From Escherichia coli (lineage in GTDB: Bacteria > Pseudomonadota > Gammaproteobacteria > Enterobacterales > Enterobacteriaceae): 64,000 bases of DNA. A program made the position numbers and the translations under genes. Shown here one piece after another: positions 19,101 to 28,627 of the stretch. The stretch is from assembly GCF_030384885.1 (NCBI RefSeq), contig NZ_CP128615.1, one strand, 5' to 3'. Positions within the stretch are counted from its first letter, which is position 1; each line of letters begins with the position of its first letter. Under the pieces are notes generated by a model. The model saw only the letters and a program-made list of their open reading frames with translations, made no database searches and was not told where the DNA came from.

Positions 19101-19815
19101 AATTGTTTTCAACCTGTTCAACCCACGCTTTGGCAGACTCTAATGATTGCTCACTGGCATGAGCGAGTGCTTCTGAAAGTTCGTCTCGATAGAAGTCATA
19201 GGCGTCACGCTCCTTTTCCCAAGTTGATTGAGTCAACTCAGCAAATTTGTCCTTGAAAGACATGTATTGATTACGCTTATCAAGCTCGCGTTCTAAATGC
19301 GCAATGTGAGGAAAATCAGCGCAGTATCCTACACGCTCATTAAAGACTTTGAGGAAGACCTTAAGAATGGCATTTTCTCGGTCATCCGTATTGGCTCGTG
19401 AATCGATGTTAAAAAGAATAACATCAGTGTCTTTGGTAACAGCGTTTTGGATATCGGCCAACAGCATGGCATCGTTGATTTTGTCTTTAAAAAACTCAAA
19501 TGCTTGACGGCCTTGGCCATCCTTTTCGACAGACTTATTTTCGAGGAGGTAAGACAAAATTTTCAGGAAGTGAGACTTACCCGAACCAAAGAAGCCAGAG
19601 ATCCACACACCAATTTTTCCTGACATTGATGCGCCACTTTGCGTCACAGATGGAACGTAAGCCTCAAAGAAAGCGCGAAAATGTCGATCTAGCTCTCGGG
19701 TTACAACATACTCATCAAGTTCGACATACACACTGTCATTGTCTTTCTGTTCCGCTTTAACAACGCCGTTAATATCACGCGTCAACTTCTTGGAAAAAAT
19801 CTGTTCAATTTTCAT
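16138..19815 (-). CDS. brxC: BREX ATPase BrxC/PglY
   Basis: 1225 aa; Walker A GFFGSGKSHFLK near N-terminus; position after brxB. Confidence 0.85.
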   Translation of the reverse strand: MKIEQIFSKKLTRDINGVVKAEQKDNDSVYVELDEYVVTRELDRHFRAFFEAYVPSVTQSGASMSGKIGVWISGFFGSGKSHFLKILSYLLENKSVEKDGQGRQAFEFFKDKINDAMLLADIQNAVTKDTDVILFNIDSRANTDDRENAILKVFLKVFNERVGYCADFPHIAHLERELDKRNQYMSFKDKFAELTQSTWEKERDAYDFYRDELSEALAHASEQSLESAKAWVEQVENNFPLDIRNFCKWVNEYLDRTGDRNLLFLVDEVGQFIGKNTQMMLKLQTITEDLGTYCGGRAWVVVTSQADIDAAIGGMDKRDGEDFSKIQGRFSTRLQLSSSNTSEVIQKRLLSKTEEARTHLIDVFAEKGDILRNQLTFDKTTTASLKGYTDAPSFVDNYPFVPYHYTLVQKVFESIRTKGATGKHLAMGERSLLDAFQSAAKQMKDSGLDVLIPFYSFYAPIESFLEPAVKRTIDQACELDSLTEFDGKILKTLFLIRYVDVVKSTLDNLVTLSIDRIDADKIALRKQIEESLNRLERQLLIARNGDEFIFLTNEEKEIENEIRHTDVEMSEVSNKLSAIVFDGILKGNRAYRYPINKQDFAVSRFCNGHPKDGTTLEDLVIKVISPLDSHFENYSHDQACINHTLEADGCVLVKLGEHKRLWDDLTTFIKTDRFLKQNSGQRPEQEHLLREKQMENIEREKRLRTDFEALFAEADVYAIGTKLPKKSATPSAIVEEAYKYVIENTFAKLNMLKATPGEVLRELQAVLVADDIAQIGLDLQADECNPEATREVEQYVTLKVERNEPVYLRDIVAHFGKRPYGWPDNEILLLTARLGLAGKLSFSTQGTDLALKKAYEPFTSVRKRGEIRVHKIRQHDERQIKKAAGLVKEIFSKTFTGSGEKELYELVRDELLAWNEELKSFRTKSQTGHFPGKSQIDDGLALVAGILEQTSSFALITRFLENADALEEFAEDFEDLDDFYNSQFQTWQALAGALNEKFKANRPALEKDSEALKALTELERIYNMPSPYEQLRHINPLIEQVAKINSTLVEEKRTHALERVDLRIGRVKEALAEAHAPSELQNQALRPLQMCRQRIEATSSIPQIISEQTEAEGYEDEAYELLNGFIEDQRKKAEAEQRRRELEQQTREEEAAKAGKAAPAPEPASEPVQPQPVAKRTVTINSTDAMAKSVTTGFIESEAEVDAYLAALREQLIAAVKAGDRVRIK

Positions 19816-19833
19816 TCGGGAGGCTCCCTGCTC

Positions 19834-20427
19834 TTAATTTTTTTTACCGTCTTCAGGCACAAGCTTGAAGGCGCGATAGTAGTTTTTAGATTCGATCATG
19901 CCGAAAGGATGCAAATCCCTTCCGCTATATTCACCCGGATAGAAAAGCACTAATGGCGTGCTACCCATAACGTCTTGCAGAGCACTAAGTAACTCATGTC
20001 CTCGGATAAGAGGCCACGCACTGCCTAAGCCTGACAGCAACACAAACTCAAGTTCTGATGGCTTATATTTGTCCGCGATATACCTTGCCACTTTCTCTTG
20101 GCTCAGAGGCCCGGCTAGTGTTTTTCGAAGGCCATCAACACCGACTTGCAATTCACGCTGGCAAGCTCGGTCGAAAAGGCCTCGCTCCTCAAGCATATCT
20201 ATCAAGACTTCAAAAATATTGAGATGGACAAAGCGGTAACCACGCTTGTTGAGTTTTTCGTCAACGTGCTTAATGTGCTCTCGTACAAGCAGTTCATACT
20301 TGGCTGGATAGTCAAATACCCAAAATCCAATTTCATTGCCCAAGCCATCGTTTTTCAAAAACTTAGGGCTTTCAATTCGTTCCAGTATCAGATCAAGCCT
20401 GGTCTGAAGAGCCTTCATATTGTGCAC
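19834..20427 (-). CDS. brxB: BREX protein BrxB (DUF1788)
   Basis: 197 aa; overlaps brxA by 13 bp; size and position as in type 1 BREX. Confidence 0.8.
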   Translation of the reverse strand: MHNMKALQTRLDLILERIESPKFLKNDGLGNEIGFWVFDYPAKYELLVREHIKHVDEKLNKRGYRFVHLNIFEVLIDMLEERGLFDRACQRELQVGVDGLRKTLAGPLSQEKVARYIADKYKPSELEFVLLSGLGSAWPLIRGHELLSALQDVMGSTPLVLFYPGEYSGRDLHPFGMIESKNYYRAFKLVPEDGKKN

Positions 20428-21014
20428 TCCATTACCTCAATCAAATCTTCCCGGCCCAGACGAACTAACCAGTCTTTAACTTCTGGCATTAGGTAAACAG
20501 GTTGTATTTTCTTTGTCCTGCTATCACTCAGGTAGCCACTATCAACCAGTGCCTTAATTGCGTTGTTACCCATTTTTTTGACAGTTGAGTCAGAAAAACC
20601 GCCAAGCTCAGCATATGCCCGCACTCTCGTGTCATAAAACTCAGACCATGCATCAGCGGTTAAAGAGGGTTTATAGGTGCGACGAGCTTCGGCTAAGGTA
20701 AGTCGCATAAAATAAGCGACAACCGGAGAATGAATGAGTAATGACATCATCAGCATTTGGACATAGGCACGTTCACTCGCGGCTAAAAGATCAGTCATAA
20801 ACTCATCACCCAGGCCTTCAATACGCCAACGGATTGTTCTGGCATAACGAATAGCCGTCTGACCGGATTTTTTCTGAAGAACATTTTGCTCAACGATCAG
20901 CGACTTCCACTCATCTTCTGGAAGTTTTTTCAATAGCGATTCTGCGATTATTCTAGATTCAGTTATCAATAAACTGCCTCCGATAAGATCGCCTAAATAT
21001 TCTTTTATATTCAT
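20415..21014 (-). CDS. brxA: BREX protein BrxA (DUF1819)
   Basis: 199 aa; first structural gene of the BREX block. Confidence 0.8.
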   Translation of the reverse strand: MNIKEYLGDLIGGSLLITESRIIAESLLKKLPEDEWKSLIVEQNVLQKKSGQTAIRYARTIRWRIEGLGDEFMTDLLAASERAYVQMLMMSLLIHSPVVAYFMRLTLAEARRTYKPSLTADAWSEFYDTRVRAYAELGGFSDSTVKKMGNNAIKALVDSGYLSDSRTKKIQPVYLMPEVKDWLVRLGREDLIEVMECTI

Positions 21015-21023
21015 AAATTCATC

Positions 21024-21950
21024 TCACGATTCGCTATATCCAGGAGCGAGTGCAGCATTGTCAACGCCGTATAGTGCTTCTGGATTTTTAAGTGCTAAAT
21101 GGAACTCTCGCCCATTGCTCTTACAATTCTTTGAACAATCGATATTCCATAAACGCAGTAAATATCCAGCGAACGCAGCTCTTATCTCTACACGCAACCT
21201 ATTGTTTTCCATTGCGTAGTCCATCGATACAGCTTCTGGATGTGCTAGTTTTGGATGAGGTATCAGCTCTAGCTCAACGATTCGGTTCCATTGCTTATCC
21301 CACTGAAGAGTCTCAACTTCGTCGTTAACCTCATCCTCTAACAACTCAACTTCACTTATTCTGGTTAAAACAAAATCCCTAAATTCTCTAAGCTTTCTAT
21401 CGAATGCTCGGACATGCCATCTCAAGCCATTGTCAATCAGGGTATGAGGAACTATTTGCCTGCTCCCATGACCACTCGACAATGAGGTGTACTCAATATT
21501 AATCACAGCGCGCTTATGTATGGCTTCACTAATAGCCGCTACAACTTCCAATTTCGGCTTATTGAGATGGAATGGTGCTTCACAAGCCATAGGTGGCCTG
21601 GCCTTGCCAAGAAAGCCATCACCGAACCCTTGGCTTATCGTCGCAAGAGTTCGAACAACGTCATAATCAAACAACGGCTGGAATGCGCTCGTCTTCAAGT
21701 GCACTCTGCGCTTTTCGTCATACATAACGTTGTTAGGAGCCAACTCTTTGTACCGCGCAAAATCTTGTGTTGCCACAGACGGCGCTACGCTAAATCGCTC
21801 GGTTAAATAACTACGCCCAGCTTCACCTTTAAATAACAAAGTGAAATCAATATGAGCGAGTCGTTCTCTCTGTGCTTGGCTAAGCTCTTCAAGTCCAGTG
21901 TTGTCTTGCACTGTCAGCCTCTCAATCCATCTGGGACAAGCCCTAATCAT
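21024..21950 (-). CDS. brxR: WYL-domain transcriptional regulator BrxR (wHTH-WYL)
   Basis: 308 aa; N-terminal winged-HTH-like segment and WYL-like core (QIVPHTLIDNGLRWHVRAFD); directly upstream of brxA. True start may be an internal Met. Confidence 0.7.
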   Translation of the reverse strand: MIRACPRWIERLTVQDNTGLEELSQAQRERLAHIDFTLLFKGEAGRSYLTERFSVAPSVATQDFARYKELAPNNVMYDEKRRVHLKTSAFQPLFDYDVVRTLATISQGFGDGFLGKARPPMACEAPFHLNKPKLEVVAAISEAIHKRAVINIEYTSLSSGHGSRQIVPHTLIDNGLRWHVRAFDRKLREFRDFVLTRISEVELLEDEVNDEVETLQWDKQWNRIVELELIPHPKLAHPEAVSMDYAMENNRLRVEIRAAFAGYLLRLWNIDCSKNCKSNGREFHLALKNPEALYGVDNAALAPGYSES

Positions 21951-22269
21951 TTAAAACTAGGAAGCCATCGATTGAATGCCATCAAGCAACCTACTTTTTT
22001 TCATTAGGTATCATAGTATCAACAAGTCGTCTTGTTGGCTATAAAAATTGGCTTGACGTTGTTCGAATGTTTCTTTTCTGGCCTTGATAGAAGCTCACGC
22101 TGGAATGCCAACTGACGCAATTCATTCTCTCGAACACGCCTAGCAACTTCTGCCTGGGCTGGTAGCTGATCTTGACCCTCCATCTCCGAACAGCTTTTGT
22201 ATCTTAAGTTAACGATGTCCGCTGCCGCCGGTATTCCCTCGGGGAGTGATATCCCAGCGCGCTGTGCGG

Positions 22270-22545
22270 GTGGCTTCCATTTCCATCAGATGTCCTTCCT
22301 GCTCCGCTACTGAAGGCGTGGTGCGTAACGGCAAAAGCACTGCCGGACATCAGCGCTATCTCTGCTCTCACTGCCGTAAAACATGGCAACTACAGTTCAC
22401 TTACACCGCCTCTCAGCCCGGTACGCACCAGAAAATCATTGATATGGCCATGAATGGCGTTGGATGCCGGGCAACCGCCCGCATTATGGGCGTTGGCCTC
22501 AACACGATTTTACGTCACTTAAAAAACTCAGACCGCAGTCGGTAA
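22270..22545 (+). CDS. insA: IS1 InsA
   Basis: [43 protein letters not shown]...; track ORF 22246 start extends beyond the IS1 fragment and is not used. Confidence 0.85.
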   Translation: MASISIRCPSCSATEGVVRNGKSTAGHQRYLCSHCRKTWQLQFTYTASQPGTHQKIIDMAMNGVGCRATARIMGVGLNTILRHLKNSDRSR

Positions 22546-22967
22546 CCTCACGCATACAACCGGGCAGTGACGTCATTGTTTGCGCGGAAATGGACGAACA
22601 GTGGGGTTATGTCGGCGCTAAATCACGCCAGCGCTGGTTGTTTTACGCGTATGACAGGATACGGAGGACGGTTGTGGCGCACGTATTCGGTGAACGCACG
22701 TTGTCCACGCTGGAGCGTCTTCTGGGCCTGCTGTCGGCCTTTGAGGTCGTGGTATGGATGACGGATGGCTGGCCGCTTTATGAATCACGCCTGAAGGGAG
22801 AACTGCACGTTATCAGCAAGCGATATAAGCAGCGCATTGAGCGGCATAACCTGAATCTGAGGCAGCATCTGTCAAGGCTGGGCAGGAAGTCACTGTCGTT
22901 CTCAAAATCGGTGGCGCTGCATGACAAAGTCATCGGGCATTATCTGAACATAAAACACTATCAGTAA
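22464..22967 (+). CDS. insB: IS1 InsB (expressed as InsAB' by frameshifting)
   Basis: 167 aa [27 protein letters not shown]... Confidence 0.85.
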   Translation: MPGNRPHYGRWPQHDFTSLKKLRPQSVTSRIQPGSDVIVCAEMDEQWGYVGAKSRQRWLFYAYDRIRRTVVAHVFGERTLSTLERLLGLLSAFEVVVWMTDGWPLYESRLKGELHVISKRYKQRIERHNLNLRQHLSRLGRKSLSFSKSVALHDKVIGHYLNIKHYQ

Positions 22968-23174
22968 GTTGGAGTCATTACCTTCTTTGCCGCCGGACAT
23001 TGTCCGGCGCAACACCAAACCGGTCTGGCGGGCTGAGCCAATCCCGCAGGCAAATTCAGCCCTTACCGGATGGCTCAGCCCCCTACTCATTGGAATTGGA
23101 TATTCAACTTTCAGGGGCTACTGCGCCAGACTTCAGTCTTTAAAGTGATTGACTTAGCGCCTGGCACACTCAAT

Positions 23175-23486
23175 TTATTTAGGTAGCGGGCCTAATTGCA
23201 CCCCATCAGGATAATACTTCCAGCCATCGCGAATTTTGACATTTTCATCCCACGGAAGTTTGTATTCGCCATTGGCAAGATCGCGCACCCAGGTCAGGTA
23301 ATTCTCGCGTTCGCCTCCCGGTTTGCCGACATAGCCCCGGCAGCCAAGGTTGAAAATATTGTTTTCCAACGCCCAGTTTTCACGCGCTTTATCCACCAGG
23401 CGCGGGAACAGCTCTGCGGTAACAATTTCCCATGGGTTGCGGTGCCCCTGCTGAATGACGTTACCGTCATAATTGCAGACCGTACC
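23175..23486 (-). pseudogene. C-terminal fragment of an unidentified gene, truncated by IS903
   Basis: Open frame runs from the IS903 boundary (23486) to stop at 23175; no N-terminus. Confidence 0.3.
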
Positions 23487-24543
23487 GGCTTTGTTGAATA
23501 AATCGAACTTTTGCTGAGTTGAAGGATCAGATCACGCATCCTCCCGACAACACAGACCATTCCGTGGCAAAGCAAAAGTTCAGAATCACCAACTGGTCCA
23601 CCTACAACAAAGCTCTCATCAACCGTGGCTCCCTCACTTTCTGGCTGGATGATGGGGCGATTCAGGCCTGGTATGAGTCGGCAACGCCTTCATCACGGGG
23701 AAGGCCCCAGCGCTATTCTGACCTTGCCATCACGACTGTGCTGGTCATTAAACGCGTATTCAGGCTGACCCTGCGCGCTGCGCAGGGCTTTATTGATTCC
23801 ATTTTTACACTGATGAATGTTCCGTTGCGCTGCCCGGATTACAGCTGTGTCAGCAGGCGGGCAAAGTCGGTTAACGTCAGTTTCAAAACGTTCACCCGGG
23901 GTGAAATCGCGCATCTGGTGATTGATTCCACCGGGCTGAAGGTCTTTGGTGAAGGCGAGTGGAAAGTCAAAAAGCATGGCCAGGAACGCCGTCGTATATG
24001 GCGAAAGTTGCATCTGGCAGTTGACAGCAACACACATGAAATCATCTGTGCAGACCTGTCGCTGAACAATGTGACGGACTCAGAAGCCTTCCCGGGTCTT
24101 ATCCGGCAGACTCACAGAAAAATCAGGGCAGCATCGGCAGACGGCGCTTACGACACCCGGCTCTGTCACGATGAACTGCGGCGTAAGAAAATCAGCGCGC
24201 TTATCCCTCCCCGAAAAGGTGCGGGTTACTGGCCCGGTGAATATGCAGACCGTAACCGTGCAGTGGCTAATCAGCGAATGACCGGGAGTAATGCGCGGTG
24301 GAAATGGACAACAGATTACAACCGTCGCTCGATAGCGGAAACGGCGATGTACCGGGTAAAACAGCTGTTCGGGGGTTCACTGACGCTGCGTGACTACGAT
24401 GGTCAGGTTGCGGAGGCTATGGCCCTGGTACGAGCGCTGAACAAAATGACGAAAGCAGGTATGCCTGAAAGCGTGCGTATTGCCTGAAAACACAACCCGC
24501 TACGGGGGAGACTTACCCGAAATCTGATTTATTCAACAAAGCC
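23487..24543 (+). mobile_element. IS903 (IS5 family), intact 1057-bp copy, no target-site duplication
   Basis: Terminal inverted repeats GGCTTTGTTGAATAAATC at both ends; flanking 9-mers differ (gaccgtacc vs agatggaat). Confidence 0.9.
23519..24487 (+). CDS. IS903 transposase
   Basis: 322 aa [45 protein letters not shown]... Confidence 0.9.
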   Translation: MKDQITHPPDNTDHSVAKQKFRITNWSTYNKALINRGSLTFWLDDGAIQAWYESATPSSRGRPQRYSDLAITTVLVIKRVFRLTLRAAQGFIDSIFTLMNVPLRCPDYSCVSRRAKSVNVSFKTFTRGEIAHLVIDSTGLKVFGEGEWKVKKHGQERRRIWRKLHLAVDSNTHEIICADLSLNNVTDSEAFPGLIRQTHRKIRAASADGAYDTRLCHDELRRKKISALIPPRKGAGYWPGEYADRNRAVANQRMTGSNARWKWTTDYNRRSIAETAMYRVKQLFGGSLTLRDYDGQVAEAMALVRALNKMTKAGMPESVRIA

Positions 24544-24625
24544 AGATGGAATAGCCCCGCTCGGTGATTTGGCGGACAGCTTCTTCCTTAAATTCAGGGG
24601 TAAAACGTGGTGTGCCCATAGACTA
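24544..24625 (-). mobile_element. 82-bp remnant of an IS3-family element (orfA start region)
   Basis: Minus strand encodes MGTPRFTPEFKEEAVRQITERGYSI, near-identical to the orfA start at 3293; cut on both sides by IS903 and the IS407-like element. Confidence 0.5.
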
Positions 24626-25208
24626 TGACCTGCTCCCCGTTGATTAGTACACCCCGATGTTAGTAATGTCTTCATAAGCCACATGAGGACATCCCCATGA
24701 AGAAGCGTTTTTCCGACGAACAGATCATCAGTATTCTCCGCGAAGCCGAAGCTGGGGTACCCGCCCGTGAACTCTGCCGCAAGCATGCCATTTCCGATGC
24801 CACGTTTTACACCTGGCGTAAGAAGTATGGCGGTATGGAGGTGCCTGAAGTTAAGCGCCTGAAGTCGCTTGAGGAAGAGAACGCCAGACTCAAGAAGCTG
24901 CTTGCCGAAGCCATGCTGGATAAAGAGGCGCTTCAGGTGGCTCTTGGGCGAAAGTACTGACGACAGACCAGAAGCGGGAAGCCGTGATGCTGATGTGTGA
25001 TGCGACCGGTCTGTCGCAACGTCGTGCCTGCAGGCTTACAGGTTTGTCCCTGTCGACCTGCCGCTATGAGGCTCACCGTCCGGCTGCTGATGCGCATTTA
25101 TCAGGGCGCATCACTGAGCTGGCACTGGAGCGCAGGCGTTTTGGCTACCGTCGTATTTGGCAATTGCTGCGCCGTGAAGGGCTTCATGTTAATCATAAGC
25201 GCGTGTAG
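24626..25208 (+). mobile_element. IS3-family (IS407-group-like) element, 3'-truncated within orfB
   Basis: Begins TGACCTGCTCCCCGTTGATTAGTACACCCCGATG; orfA 24697-24960 and first 74 codons of orfB (24984-25208) only. Confidence 0.6.
24697..24960 (+). CDS. IS3-family (IS407-group) transposase OrfA
   Basis: MKKRFSDEQIISILREAEAGVPARELCRKHAISDATFYTWRKKYGG... Confidence 0.8.
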   Translation: MKKRFSDEQIISILREAEAGVPARELCRKHAISDATFYTWRKKYGGMEVPEVKRLKSLEEENARLKKLLAEAMLDKEALQVALGRKY

Positions 25209-25457
25209 TGATGCGGACTACGACGTGCGTTTGGTCCAGGACTGCTGCTACGACCCGGATCGGGATGCCCACGAAGCTCTGTTGCGTTCCGGGTTCGGCG
25301 GACGTGTACAGGTCGTGTAATTTTCGGGCCTCGCATGATCGCGGCCATAGCCGCAGGTGGATTGGTGCGAGGCAGGGCCAGTCCAAGTCAGGGTGCGGTC
25401 ATCGCGGCGCCTGCAACTCTCAAAAACCCATCGCCGTAGCGGAGGTCTTGTAATCGC

Positions 25458-26342
25458 ATGTCATTACGCACGCCCGATTTATTGTTCACAGCGATAGCAC
25501 CTGCCATTTGGGGCAGCACCTACATTGTCACCACCCAATACCTGCCGAACTTCTCACCGATGACGGTCGCGATGCTGCGGGCGTTGCCGGCGGGTTTATT
25601 GCTCGTGATGATCGTCCGACAGATTCCAACGGGAATCTGGTGGATGCGCATCTTCATCCTCGGCGCACTTAATATTTCGCTATTCTGGAGCTTGTTGTTT
25701 ATTTCGGTCTACCGCCTGCCGGGCGGGGTCGCGGCGACGGTAGGCGCTGTGCAGCCGCTGATGGTCGTGTTCATCTCTGCCGCTCTGCTAGGTAGCCCGA
25801 TACGATTGATGGCGGTCCTGGGGGCTATTTGCGGAACTGCGGGCGTGGCGCTGTTGGTGTTGACACCAAACGCAGCGCTAGATCCTGTCGGCGTCGCAGC
25901 GGGCCTGGCGGGGGCGGTTTCCATGGCGTTCGGAACCGTGCTGACCCGCAAGTGGCAACCTCCCGTGCCTCTGCTCACCTTTACCGCCTGGCAACTGGCG
26001 GCCGGAGGACTTCTGCTCGTTCCAGTAGCTTTAGTGTTTGATCCGCCAATCCCGATGCCTACAGGAACCAATGTTCTCGGCCTGGCGTGGCTCGGCCTGA
26101 TCGGAGCGGGTTTAACCTACTTCCTTTGGTTCCGGGGGATCTCGCGACTCGAACCTACAGTTGTTTCCTTACTGGGCTTTCTCAGCCCGGGGACCGCCGT
26201 GTTGCTAGGATGGTTGTTCTTGGATCAGACGCTGAGTGCGCTTCAAATCATCGGCGTCCTGCTCGTGATCGGGAGTATCTGGCTGGGCCAACGTTCCAAC
26301 CGCACTCCTAGGGCGCGTATAGCTTGCCGGAAGTCGCCTTGA
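25458..26342 (+). CDS. pecM: EamA/DMT-family transporter PecM-like
   Basis: 294 aa, multiple transmembrane segments; located downstream of tetA as in Tn1721. Confidence 0.8.
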   Translation: MSLRTPDLLFTAIAPAIWGSTYIVTTQYLPNFSPMTVAMLRALPAGLLLVMIVRQIPTGIWWMRIFILGALNISLFWSLLFISVYRLPGGVAATVGAVQPLMVVFISAALLGSPIRLMAVLGAICGTAGVALLVLTPNAALDPVGVAAGLAGAVSMAFGTVLTRKWQPPVPLLTFTAWQLAAGGLLLVPVALVFDPPIPMPTGTNVLGLAWLGLIGAGLTYFLWFRGISRLEPTVVSLLGFLSPGTAVLLGWLFLDQTLSALQIIGVLLVIGSIWLGQRSNRTPRARIACRKSP

Positions 26343-26373
26343 CCCGCATGGCATAGGCCTATCGTTTCCACGA

Positions 26374-27573
26374 TCAGCGATCGGCTCGTTGCCCTGCGCC
26401 GCTCCAAAGCCCGCGACGCAGCGCCGGCAGGCAGAGCAAGTAGAGGGCAGCGCCTGCAATCCATGCCCACCCGTTCCACGTTGTTATAGAAGCCGCATAG
26501 ATCGCCGTGAAGAGGAGGGGTCCGACGATCGAGGTCAGGCTGGTGAGCGCCGCCAGTGAGCCTTGCAGCTGCCCCTGACGTTCCTCATCCACCTGCCTGG
26601 ACAACATTGCTTGCAGCGCCGGCATTCCGATGCCACCCGAAGCAAGCAGGACCATGATCGGGAACGCCATCCATCCCCGTGTCGCGAAGGCAAGCAGGAT
26701 GTAGCCTGTGCCGTCGGCAATCATTCCGAGCATGAGTGCCCGCCTTTCGCCGAGCCGGGCGGCTACAGGGCCGGTGATCATTGCCTGGGCGAGTGAATGC
26801 AGAATGCCAAATGCGGCAAGCGAAATGCCGATCGTGGTCGCGTCCCAGTGAAAGCGATCCTCGCCGAAAATGACCCAAAGCGCGGCCGGCACCTGTCCGA
26901 CAAGTTGCATGATGAAGAAGACCGCCATCAGGGCGGCGACGACGGTCATGCCCCGGGCCCACCGGAACGAAGCGAGCGGGTTGAGAGCCTCCCGGCGTAA
27001 CGGCCGGCGTTCGCCTTTGTGCGACTCCGGCAAAAGGAAACAGCCCGTCAGGAAATTGAGGCCGTTCAAGGCTGCCGCGGCGAAGAACGGAGCGTGGGGG
27101 GAGAAACCGCCCATCAGCCCACCGAGCACAGGTCCCGCGACCATCCCGAACCCGAAACAGGCGCTCATGAAGCCGAAGTGCCGCGCGCGCTCATCGCCAT
27201 CAGTGATATCGGCAATATAAGCGCCGGCTACCGCCCCAGTCGCCCCGGTGATGCCGGCCACGATCCGCCCGATATAGAGAACCCAAAGGAAAGGCGCCGT
27301 CGCCATGATGGCGTAGTCGACAGCAGCGCCGGCCAGCGAGACGAGCAAGACCGGCCGCCGCCCGAAACGATCCGACAGCGCGCCCAGCACAGGTGCGCAG
27401 GCAAATTGCATCAACGCATACAGCGCCAGCAGAATGCCATAGTGGGCGGTGACGTCGTTCGAGTGAACCAGATCGCGCAGGAGGCCCGGCAGCACCGGCA
27501 TAATCAGGCCGATGCCGACAGCGTCGAGCGCGACAGTGCTCAGAATTACGATCAGGGGTCTGTTGGGTTTCAC
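26374..27573 (-). CDS. tetA: Tetracycline efflux MFS transporter TetA, class A
   Basis: VKPNRPLIVILSTVALDAVGIGLIMPVLPGLLRDL...; GTG start at 27573 (399 aa); the track ORF extends 25 codons further upstream. Confidence 0.95.
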   Translation of the reverse strand: MKPNRPLIVILSTVALDAVGIGLIMPVLPGLLRDLVHSNDVTAHYGILLALYALMQFACAPVLGALSDRFGRRPVLLVSLAGAAVDYAIMATAPFLWVLYIGRIVAGITGATGAVAGAYIADITDGDERARHFGFMSACFGFGMVAGPVLGGLMGGFSPHAPFFAAAALNGLNFLTGCFLLPESHKGERRPLRREALNPLASFRWARGMTVVAALMAVFFIMQLVGQVPAALWVIFGEDRFHWDATTIGISLAAFGILHSLAQAMITGPVAARLGERRALMLGMIADGTGYILLAFATRGWMAFPIMVLLASGGIGMPALQAMLSRQVDEERQGQLQGSLAALTSLTSIVGPLLFTAIYAASITTWNGWAWIAGAALYLLCLPALRRGLWSGAGQRADR

Positions 27574-27619
27574 GTCTGGCCTCCGGACCAGCCTCCGCTG
27601 GTCCGATTGAACGCGCGGA

Positions 27620-27672
27620 TTCTTTATCACTGATAAGTTGGTGGACATATTATGTTTATCAGTGATAAAGTG
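27620..27672. promoter_or_regulatory. tetA/tetR divergent promoter with two tet operator palindromes
   Basis: TTTATCACTGATAAG and TTTATCAGTGATAAAG palindromes in the tetA-tetR intergenic region. Confidence 0.6.
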
Positions 27673-27678
27673 TCAAGC

Positions 27679-28329
27679 ATGACAAAGTTGCAGCCGAATA
27701 CAGTGATCCGTGCCGCCCTGGACCTGTTGAACGAGGTCGGCGTAGACGGTCTGACGACACGCAAACTGGCGGAACGGTTGGGGGTTCAGCAGCCGGCGCT
27801 TTACTGGCACTTCAGGAACAAGCGGGCGCTGCTCGACGCACTGGCCGAAGCCATGCTGGCGGAGAATCATACGCATTCGGTGCCGAGAGCCGACGACGAC
27901 TGGCGCTCATTTCTGATCGGGAATGCCCGCAGCTTCAGGCAGGCGCTGCTCGCCTACCGCGATGGCGCGCGCATCCATGCCGGCACGCGACCGGGCGCAC
28001 CGCAGATGGAAACGGCCGACGCGCAGCTTCGCTTCCTCTGCGAGGCGGGTTTTTCGGCCGGGGACGCCGTCAATGCGCTGATGACAATCAGCTACTTCAC
28101 TGTTGGGGCCGTGCTTGAGGAGCAGGCCGGCGACAGCGATGCCGGCGAGCGCGGCGGCACCGTTGAACAGGCTCCGCTCTCGCCGCTGTTGCGGGCCGCG
28201 ATAGACGCCTTCGACGAAGCCGGTCCGGACGCAGCGTTCGAGCAGGGACTCGCGGTGATTGTCGATGGATTGGCGAAAAGGAGGCTCGTTGTCAGGAACG
28301 TTGAAGGACCGAGAAAGGGTGACGATTGA
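27679..28329 (+). CDS. tetR: Tetracycline repressor TetR, class A
   Basis: MTKLQPNTVIRAALDLLNEVGVDGLTTRKLAERLGVQQPALYWHF...; 216 aa from the internal Met. Confidence 0.95.
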   Translation: MTKLQPNTVIRAALDLLNEVGVDGLTTRKLAERLGVQQPALYWHFRNKRALLDALAEAMLAENHTHSVPRADDDWRSFLIGNARSFRQALLAYRDGARIHAGTRPGAPQMETADAQLRFLCEAGFSAGDAVNALMTISYFTVGAVLEEQAGDSDAGERGGTVEQAPLSPLLRAAIDAFDEAGPDAAFEQGLAVIVDGLAKRRLVVRNVEGPRKGDD

Positions 28330-28627
28330 TCAGGACCGCTGCCGGAGCGCAACCCACTCACTACAGCAGAGCCATGTAGACAACATCCCCTCCCCCTTTC
28401 CACCGCGTCAGACGCCCGTAGCAGCCCGCTACGGGCTTTTTCATGCCCTGCCCTAGCGTCCAAGCCTCACGGCCGCGCTCGGCCTCTCTGGCGGCCTTCT
28501 GGCGCTCCTGCTGCGGCGTCCGCTCGTGGGCCGTGGCGCGGGTCCGCGCGCCGGCCTCGTGCGCCTGGCGCTCGCGGGCGAGGTCCAGGGCGGCCGTCTT
28601 CACGTTCTGCCTTGCGCAGATGAGATA

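Larger units (their letters stand above)
22270..22982 (+). mobile_element. IS1, 5'-truncated (lacks first about 54 bp including IRL)
   Basis: insA and insB present, right end ...CAGTAAGTTGGAGTCATTACC intact at 22982; sequence left of the insA GTG does not match the IS1 left end. Confidence 0.85.

Noticed and set aside
8343-19760. Numerous 60-110-aa ORFs on either strand within brxC, pglX and pglZ
   Set aside because: Fully nested in long, motif-supported genes; no RBS or conservation evidence.
22246-22545. insA starting at MISQRAVR
   Set aside because: The first 8 codons lie outside the IS1 fragment; native InsA starts at the GTG at 22270.
26374-27648. 424-aa extended TetA ORF from the track
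   Set aside because: The upstream 25 codons run through the tet operator region; the known class A TetA begins at the GTG giving 399 aa.
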